In this document: in pieces, positions 55,250 to 64,000 of the stretch
Layout of the letters: each line of letters starts with the position of its first letter
Numbering within the stretch: position 1 is the stretch's first letter
Assembly: GCA_000165425.1 (NCBI GenBank)
Contig: CT868540.1
Span: 186,001 to 250,000 of the forward strand
Direction: 5' to 3'
Length of the DNA stretch: 64,000 nt
DNA from: Paramecium tetraurelia
Taxonomy: Eukaryota
The notes under the pieces: model-generated
Databases searched by the model: none
What the model saw: the letters and a program-made list of their open reading frames with translations, nothing else
What the model was told of the DNA's origin: nothing
Program-made: the position numbers and the translations under genes

Positions 55250-56050
55250 TCATCAATCGTAAGCATCTTATTATCTAAGTTTCATTATCAACAAAGTCGA
55301 TCCATTAGAGAGGCTTTGATTTTCTTGAGCTATATATTATCACATTGTTTCCTGACAACTGAATATGCATAAGAGAATGTGATGTTATCAATAACTCAAA
55401 TATAAATCTTGTATGCTTCATAGGAAAAGATATTTGATTATATAAATCTTTGAATGTTTTGAAGAAGTGCTGATTAGAATATCATCTTAAAAATTGAATA
55501 GTATTAATATTCAAAACAGATTTTACTTTTTTTATCGACGTTTCATATATTGTTGAAAAGTGTATTTATTATAGAAAAATAAGACGAAATTGACCAACCT
55601 TTGAAACAATATCAGATGATAAACACTGTAACAATTTAGAAGATTTACTTTTATTGTTGTTATTAACATCTTGAAGGGGGCTGGGTTTGTTATTTACGAT
55701 GAAGAAGCAAATAAAGCAGCTGTATGGTGAAATTTAACTGATAGAACAAATAAATGTACATTTATTCAAGGTACAAAGGGTGTCACTTTGATGTTTCTTG
55801 TAAAATTGATGAAATCTTTATCATGGCTCAATTTTACATATGGAAATTTCCGCTTCAGGCGTATTTGAGGATTTATTTTAACTTAAATTAGAATAATTAT
55901 TGTAAAGTTTGTTTCCTTCATGGAATTTAACTTTGTCAACAAAAATAAAGACAAAGTTAGTAAACTAAATGATCTTAAAAGTATAATTCATTCGAAAAAT
56001 ACATTTTTTACTCAGAGATACCTTTTATGAATTGGAAGAACATAGTTTTT
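55250..56050 (+). pseudogene. Possible decayed gene remnant
   Basis: Less AT-rich than typical spacers. Short coding-like piece GFVIYDEEANKAAVW interrupted by TGA. No intact ORF found. Confidence 0.25.
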
Positions 56051-56411
56051 TAGCATGTTTAATTTGATTTTATTATAAATTTTAAAATGCAAAAATATCT
56101 TACTTCAAATGAGAATGAAAAATAAGAATTTGGTTAATTTAAAATTTAAGCTTTACTATCTTTTTAATTTGTAAATGTTTTTGTATAGAATGCTTTTAAA
56201 GCATCTAAAGGAAAAGAAAATAATGATAAATTTCAATTTTATATGAAAAAAACAAAGTAAGAAATTTCATTTGAAAAAAGCAATTTTTATAAAATTTTAG
56301 CATTGAGGAATACTATAAAATACGTTATATATGCTATATATATGCAAATAAAGAATATTCAGAAGAAATTGATAAAAAGATAAATATAATTAATATAGAT
56401 TAGGTTGTTCT

Positions 56412-58056
56412 TCATTTATTGACCACTGTCAACAACATGGATACAAATTCTTCATATTAGATGTTTCCATCATTATTTTTATCACATTAGGATATTATTT
56501 AACTCCATTCAGCGTTATCAATATCAATTCCACACATAATATCTTATATTTCTGCTTTTGTTATAACTCCATTTCCATCCTATCATTTTATAAGATTCAG
56601 AAAATACTTTGTCAAACATCTTAAAAGCTTAATCAATTTTAGTTTTAGAAAGAATAATATTTTGTTTAGCAGATGCCACTAGAAATTCTGTATAACTTAT
56701 TTTACCAGATTTGTTTTGGTCTATTTAATCAAATATTTCATTAACCAAATGCTTAGCCTTCAACTCATCATTAAATACTTATGTATATGCTATTAGGCTT
56801 AGAACAGAATTACCTTAAATTAATTCTTCTTTTGATAACTGCCCATCCTTATTTTTATCCATACTTTAGAATGTTGAAGTGAGTTACTCTTTTTCGTCAT
56901 TCGACATAACGGAGCCTGCAATTAATTACATAATGGCTGCTCTCATATAACTTTCATTCTAATATGTAAAACATCTATAGTACTCTAAATTTGCCCAATT
57001 CATTCATAACATCCTTACTAATCTTCTCTTCTCTTGCCTTCTCTTTTATCCAAGGATCATCCAAAATCTTTTGGGCTGAGGGTCTTTTGCTTGGGTCGAA
57101 TTGCAACATTGATTTCATCAATTCCTGAGCCTCATACGATAATGAAGTAAATTCCTTTGATGTAAAATTATATTTCCCAGATTTGATGTTGTTGAAAAGC
57201 TGCTGCAAGCTTGAAACTTTGACATCAAATGGAAATTTTCCAGTTAAAATTTAGTATAAAATAACTCCACATGACCAGATGTCACATTTTTCGGTATAAT
57301 TTTTATCAATGACTTCTGGTGCAATATATAACGGCTATTATGTATTAACAACATAATTACCGTTCCGATTACCTATGTCTATGTTTCACCAGTTACATAC
57401 CTCTTAGCTGTTCCAAAATCTATAACTTTAATCTTAGATTGTGGATCTGAGGAAACAAGCATAATATTAGAAGGCTTCATATCACTAAATTGATTATATG
57501 CTAATTACCGATGAATGATGTTTTATGCGTGACAATAGGCTAGTGCTGATAGAACTTACTTCATATATTCTGCTGCCATTCTTTCGTTAAAAGTTTGTAA
57601 TTTAGTCAATTTATCAAGTAGTTCTCCTCCATTAAGATATTCTGTGACAAGGTAATAATTTTGTTTGTCTTAGTATAACTCATATAATTTAACAATGGAA
57701 GGATAATCCATATTTTTAAGCAAATTCACCTCACTAAACATAGCCTCTTCTTAATCTTTGAGTATTTTCTTTTTTAAAATCTATTTCATGGCTCTTTATT
57801 GACCAGATTTCTTATGTTAGACTAATCTTACTTGACCATATGAACCTAAATCTAAAGATTTCGATACCTTCTCCTAAGATTTTATTAATGATATAATTAT
57901 CTGATATATCACCTTGCTTTAAGTTAATAAAGATATCTGGACCTACCTAAAATTTATTAATGGCAAGAGCTACCATAATTATGAGCATTTTTTACATTTT
58001 TGTTCTTTACTCATTTCTTTTTGTTTATTTTCAGATTTGGCTCCACAGCATCCCAT
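56412..58056 (-). CDS. Calcium-dependent protein kinase (CDPK)
   Basis: MGCCG acylation start, GEGSYGQV, RAMK, HRDMKPSNI, DFG, PYYIAPE, junction region and four EF hands (DKNKDGQLS, DQNKSGKIS, D..GNGVIT, DKNNDGNI). Confidence 0.94.
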
Positions 58057-59205
58057 TATTTAATTAAATAAATAGTATCAAATCTAAAATATTATGTTTT
58101 TTATAAGATGTTAATTTTCATCAATTTCTCATTTTTATCCTCTATAAAAGTATTTACCTTAAACACACCAAATTCAATTCATCAACTAGTTTTGAAATGC
58201 AAACAATATATCTAATCATAAAACTTTTAATTAATTGATCAATATATCTAAATTATACTCAAATCAAGTGCAGATTCCAAAAGCTTTTGAGTCTTCTTAA
58301 TTAACCAAAACTAGTACCTTTATTATATATTCAATATCTTAAATCCACCAATAAATATTTAGCATGCTTTGAATTATCACATATTTAATAGATTCTTAGC
58401 TATAATCTGCGTCAATTTTGTTTGATTTATTGTAAAAATATATAAAATACTTTATAACACTGTATATAGCATAGCATCTTAAGATTATTCTATTGCTAAT
58501 CTAGAAAGAGATATTTCCTAGCAGTTTATAATATTTCATTGTAAATTTTTCAGATAATATAAATGCTATAGGTTTACACTCCTAATTTAAATTAGAAATA
58601 CAAAAAACCATAAAAGGGATTTGGTTCCTCTGAATAAACAGTAAATCATTAATTCTTAGTAATGGCTTTTTATCATGATAGAATTTTAAAATAAAGAACT
58701 CAAAAAAATATATCTATGAATATTAGCGAAAATATTAAGTTAGAAAGTTGTCTTATCAAATGATATAAAGGATTTAAGGATTAAATGGTTATTGAATAGA
58801 GAAGTAAAAGTTAAATATTAATAATATTTAAAACTTGTATTTCTGAAGTTAACTTAATTTGGAAATTACAAGAGTCATTTTATGACTTTAAGATAAGGTA
58901 ATATTTTAATGTAGAAAAAGTACCTTCTTTACAATTATAAGTGTTAACTGAATACTTAAAATTATATTGTTTTTCTTATTTGTTATTATCATTATTATAA
59001 AAACAAATCTAAATTCAAGCTGATATTTGTAAATTATCTTTAATTTTTCATTTTAGATAAACATTAAAATTAATTCTTTCTTTAAATTAGAAGTATTTTA
59101 AAAACAATAAATTTCATAAAAAAAAATCTACTATCGATATCTATTGTTAGGATTGCAAAAAATAAAATTTTAGATTACAAAATATAAGTATTAATCGATG
59201 AAAAA

Positions 59206-59959
59206 TCACTTTTTTGGTTTAGGTAGTGTATTATTATCGTCTAAAGAGTGTCTGGTATTTTTTGTTAAATTAATTATTGCAGGCTCTTGACTCGATCTTT
59301 CTGAAGGATCATCGAAATTCTCTTCTTCTGTATCATCTGATTATTCATTTTCCACACTAATTCTTGAAAGGGTTGGTAATTCAAAATTTCTTTTAAAATT
59401 TTCACTTAATTCAAAGCCTTTGTCTTCTGATTCTTCTTCATCAGTGCTGTGATCCTATTAACCCATTCTTTATGCACTTTTGATACATTGTATATCATTA
59501 GGTATATAGGTATAATCTATGTAGAGGATTGTTTATTTTATGGCTTAAATGATGTCATATAACCTTATTTAATATGTAAAGATACCCATATACTGGTTTC
59601 CAGACATTTGGATCTAAAACTTTTACATAAAGTTAATGATTTTTTAAATCAATGTTAGGATGTGGAATATTAGACTCTACATGTATTAAAGGAGGATTAT
59701 AAGGATAATTGATTCTGAAATCTAGTTAAAACTAAAATACTAAAGTTTAAAATACTTAGTAATTGTTATAAATAAACGAGCCGATTTTTGGAGTTATTTA
59801 TAAATACAATTTGTCACAATTCTAATTTATCAAAATTTAACAAGTATTGTCATTTAGATCTTAGAGTTTTTCATCAAGAAGATCATTCGTTAACCTTTTG
59901 AAGGATTACTATGCAACTGAATTCTTTTCCTGTTGGTTTTTATTAATATAAAATTGCAT
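59206..59959 (-). CDS. Ubiquitin-conjugating enzyme-like protein lacking the catalytic Cys (UEV-like), with acidic tail
   Basis: KRLTNDL, YPYNPP, HPNIDLKNHQLYVKVL, WKPVYGLYDII. Two tiny introns. D/E/S-rich C-terminus. Confidence 0.78.
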
Positions 59960-60973
59960 GAAAATTAATTAATATTATTAATAATAATAACACATTTCTA
60001 AACAAATATATATATTATTTGAGAAATTAATTTGATTTAGGTTACTATTTGACCTTCAACATATAGGTATTTATACTCTATAAAAGGTGTGTTAAATTTT
60101 GGCTCTAAATAAATCTTAAAAATGTTTTAAAATATCGAACTTAGATCTTAATACGCTGATAATTTAATAAAATTGAGTCAATTAAATAAATGATTGGCTT
60201 ATTCTCTATTAATTATTTGGATATAATTAATTTTTGCCAAGAATATATTGCTTTATTAATGTATTCATCAAATAGCACATTATCTTTACATCAATTGAAG
60301 AAAGCATTGTATAACTATAAAATTCAGATAGTCTTTTTTGATACCTTCATATAATTTAAAAAATTGTGAAAACTTTTCTTTAAATTTGATAAGATACCTA
60401 ATATTAACTTTTTGGTAGTGAGTTTACTCTTTTGAATTTACTGAATAGCTATATCAATTATAGTAATCTCCAATCATCAAAATTCAATTTAAACTCTCTG
60501 TAAGTCAACAAGGTTTTGAAAATCTTATAGATTTCAAAGAATCTTTGTGAATTTGGTTGTTTTATATTATTTATCGATGGTCTTCTAGTTATTGAAATGT
60601 TGATCTTTACTCTGATAGTCTTTATTATTGTTCTATTACAATTTAAATAGAAAGCACTTTTTATACAATTTATTAATGTTATTCTTCATAAAGAAATTTG
60701 GATAAGCCAAAGAAGTATTTTGTCAGGTAATACCTTACCAGAAGTTTAAAAAATATCCATATTGAAATTTAGAAGTACTCCTAAATTATTGTGAATTGAT
60801 TTTCAATTTTGTCAGTTTGTTAAATACTTTAGAATTTTGATATTAGATTTTAGTTGATTCTGTTTCGCGCCCTCTTATTATCAAATAGAGATGTGATGCA
60901 TATTGTTCCTATTGATTTGCATCTATTTCATTTAAGAATTTAGAGATTATGCAATTAATTAAATATACAATTG

Positions 60974-61762
60974 TCAAAATGAACTTAGACTTCTATCAAT
61001 TCTAAGACATGCATCATCCATTAATTGCATCAAATTGTTTGTCATGATCTGTCTTTCTTTCTTTTCATCCTACAACATTAATGATAAGTTCTGATGCACA
61101 TCATTAATCATATCAAATATTTTGTTTTCCTTTTATCTCCTTAGACTAGATTCTTAAGAAATATATTATTTAAGTTAAAATAGATTTTGTTCTAATTCAC
61201 TCTCTATTTATTCAAAGGATTGCAATCTAGTATTAAGAATATTGAGTTACCTTTGTTCCCTTTCACCTTCTAGAATGTCTTCAATCTAATTAACCGAATC
61301 AGCAATCATTTATAATTTGTTTTGAAGACCAAAATCATATTGAGATTCATTTCTTGACAACTAGTCCTAAAGATGATTCCAATCAAGTAGATGGGTTAGC
61401 CTCTTCTCCATATCTTATGATTACTGATTTTATTGCTGTAGACTCTTTTCTAAAGAATTTTTTGTATTTTCATAAGTTTTTTATGACTTGTGATTATATT
61501 CCTGGGTCAAATGATCCTAAACATTTTGGTTGAGAGTGTTTGTTGAATCTTATAATTATTTGATTTCATTATTGTTAACAGCTAAGGCTTGTTTCTCAAT
61601 CTATTTCATTTTTTCTTATAGTTACTAGAGTCTGCTAGCTTTTTGATTATCAACTTCTGATGATATCCTTTTCCATTTTTCAGAAATCATCTTGATAGTA
61701 TGAGATGAAGCTGTTTATTATTAAGGTTAAGCTACACTCTTTCTTGATTATTGCAACAGCAT
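60974..61762 (-). CDS. SF-assemblin/beta-giardin-like coiled-coil protein (~260 aa)
   Basis: Short head followed by a coiled coil ending ERQIMTNNLMQLMDDACLRIDRSL. Size and terminal motif fit striated-fibre assemblins. Confidence 0.65.
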
Positions 61763-61957
61763 TATTGATAAAATTTATTTTTATGTTAAAATAACAGTGT
61801 TTTATTTAATTCAATAAAATAGATGTTTAATATCCATTTGATTGTTAGGATAAATAATATATACAATCGAATTGTATTCTTAATAATCTTATATTTATAC
61901 ATTATTTCTATAAGACATCTCAAAGAATCAATTATTAAATTTAATTCTTTTAATATT

Positions 61958-64000
61958 ATGGATAATTCAGGAGAAAAATTAGATTTAGAGGATTAGCAAA
62001 TCAAACCAATTTAAGATTCCTAAGATGATGATACCTTAAATACTAATAAGTCAGAGTTTGTAGATAATCATTAAGAAATCAATCATGACCAATAAAATCT
62101 CATTGCATCATTACAAGAAGATTATCAAAGTCAACTAGATTAAGCCAAAAAAGAAAATGAATCACTTGTCCAATAGATTTAATCTTTGAAAGACTAGTGT
62201 CATTAATAAGGTGAAATGATAGAGGTCAACAATATGGAATATCAAACAATAATTAAATCTCATGAAAATGTTAATATGGAATTAACTTAAAAATATGAGA
62301 AGGAGTGTCTAGAATTTTAATAAGAAATTTAAAGACTCCAAAATAGAGAATCAGATTTATAAATTGAGATCTAAAAATTAAAAGATTAAATCGAATAAAT
62401 TACTCAAGATCATCTAAAAGCTTAAGATAAAATACAAGTGTAGAATGAATTAATAGATCAAACAAAATAAGAAAATCTTATTAATTAAAATGCTTTAGAA
62501 GAAAATTCTAATTTGAAAAAAGAGATTGAAACACTTAATTAAAAAGTTTAAGAATAATTACTTTAAATTGACAAGTTAAACAATAATCTAATAATTGAAA
62601 AACAATAAGAGAAGGAATTATTCTTATTGGAAAAATAACAACTCTAAACTTAACATGAAACATATCAATCTGAATTGTTAAATGAAATTGAAGCCTTAGC
62701 ATAATTATTGAAAAAATCTGAATTAGAACACTAATAGATTGATGCGTAATAAGAATAAAGTAGGAAAGAAATGGAAATTGTAACAGAAAAAAACTTAGAA
62801 TTAGAAAATTTAAACAATGAGTTGACTAAGTAATTAGAGGCATTGAATATAATGGTGCAAGAGTTGAATTAATAATTCTAAGATTAAGTAAGACAACACT
62901 CTATACTAAAAGAATAGTCAATCTAGGATAATGAAATGAAAAATAAAGAATTGGAAATTCTAAATTAATAGATTTAAAATGAATTACAATAAAAAGAATA
63001 GCTTGTATCAAATAATCTAAGTGTAACTGAAAAAGTTCAAGAATTAGAAAATTTAATTGTTCAACTTAGAAATTAGTCCAAGATTTCGGAAGAAAAATCT
63101 CAATTAGAGATTGAAGTTATGTAATTAAGTTTAGAGGATGCCTAAGAAAAAGAAAAATAGAGTATTGAACAAGAAAATCTTCTAAAAGTTAAATTTGAAG
63201 AACTAAGTATAAAATATGAAGCTTTAGAAAAATAATTTAGTGAAACTGAGACATTAAAACATTAAGAGATATCATAATTAAAAAAGGAATTAGAAATTTA
63301 ATAGAATCTATCTGAAGAATTATAAAATAATTTAGCCTCACTAAATGAAAATCATAAAACTGAATTGGAATAATTAAAAATTGCGATGGATGAATAAAAT
63401 AAATTTAATCATGAGTAGGAAAGATTAAATATCATGTAGCAATTACAACTGGAAAGTTAATAATAATCTGAGGTTTTATAATAGCAATAAGGATTATAGA
63501 CTATTGAAGTAGAGGAATTAAAACAGTAAATTCAACAATTAGAAATCTAAAATTTAGAGTAGAAGAAATTATTATTGGAATAATTAGAAAAAAAAGAAAA
63601 AGAATATTAATAAGAAGTTGATTTATTGACTCGATAGAGAATGGAATAAGATGAAATTATTCAATCTCTTTAAAAGTCTTAGACACTTTTAAAAGAGAAG
63701 GACTCATAAATAGATTAATTGAATTTACAATTATGTGCGAATTAAGAAGATCAGTATAATATGGAATAAAAATATGAAAACAGATTATTATTACAAAAAT
63801 AGAAACATGAATCTCAGATAGATGATTTACATAGGCTGATTTAAGAATTGAAATAGTAATTGGAAACTGTGGAAAGTGAGGGAAAGATGATGTAAAATAG
63901 TTTAAATGATATGGAAGTTTTAGATTTTAAATGTAAAGAATTGAAGACTGAAAATGATGATCTTAAATAAAAGATTCAAGAAAAATAAGCTTAGATTGAT
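61958..64000 (+). CDS. Long Q/E/K-rich coiled-coil protein (runs off the window end)
   Basis: MDNSGEKLDLEDQQ.., open in ciliate code to the window edge, heptad-like composition. Confidence 0.8.

Noticed and set aside
1..64000. Telomeric repeats, transposons, retained IESs, tRNA/rRNA, selenocysteine TGA readthrough
   Set aside because: No C4A2/C3A3 arrays, transposase motifs or structured RNA genes were seen, and the genes checked are restored by ordinary tiny introns. Short IESs or snoRNAs in spacers cannot be excluded by eye.

Overview
Gene-dense, very AT-rich eukaryotic DNA, almost certainly ciliate (Paramecium-like) macronuclear sequence. Genes read through only with the ciliate code (TAA/TAG = Gln, TGA the only stop) and carry tiny GT..AG introns of about 20-31 nt, so the supplied standard-code ORF track shows only fragments or wrong-frame shadows. 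I read about 26 protein genes. Kinases: an ERK7/MAPK15-like MAPK, a pseudokinase-MORN protein, a ULK-like kinase and a CDPK. Enzymes and transporters: RpiB, a mitochondrial carrier, an ABHD17-like hydrolase, pyruvate dehydrogenase E2, two inverted paralogous SAM methyltransferases and a Cys-less E2 variant. Chromatin, RNA and nuclear proteins: a SET-PHD histone methyltransferase with KH-like and RS regions, a KH RNA-binding protein and a Nup50-like protein. Structural and other proteins: a ~9.5 kb coiled-coil gene, a Cys-rich membrane protein, a WDR7-like protein, EF-hand proteins, small N-acylated proteins, an apparently frameshifted 21-repeat WD40 gene, an SF-assemblin-like gene and a truncated coiled-coil gene. 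I saw no rRNA, tRNA, CRISPR array, telomere or transposon. I cannot claim a demonstrably new system. The best leads are the inverted methyltransferase pair with a 3'-biased identity gradient, the SET-PHD-KH-like-RS architecture, three enzyme-like genes with altered catalytic motifs, and an acylated microprotein beside a putative depalmitoylase. All calls come from manual translation without database searches.
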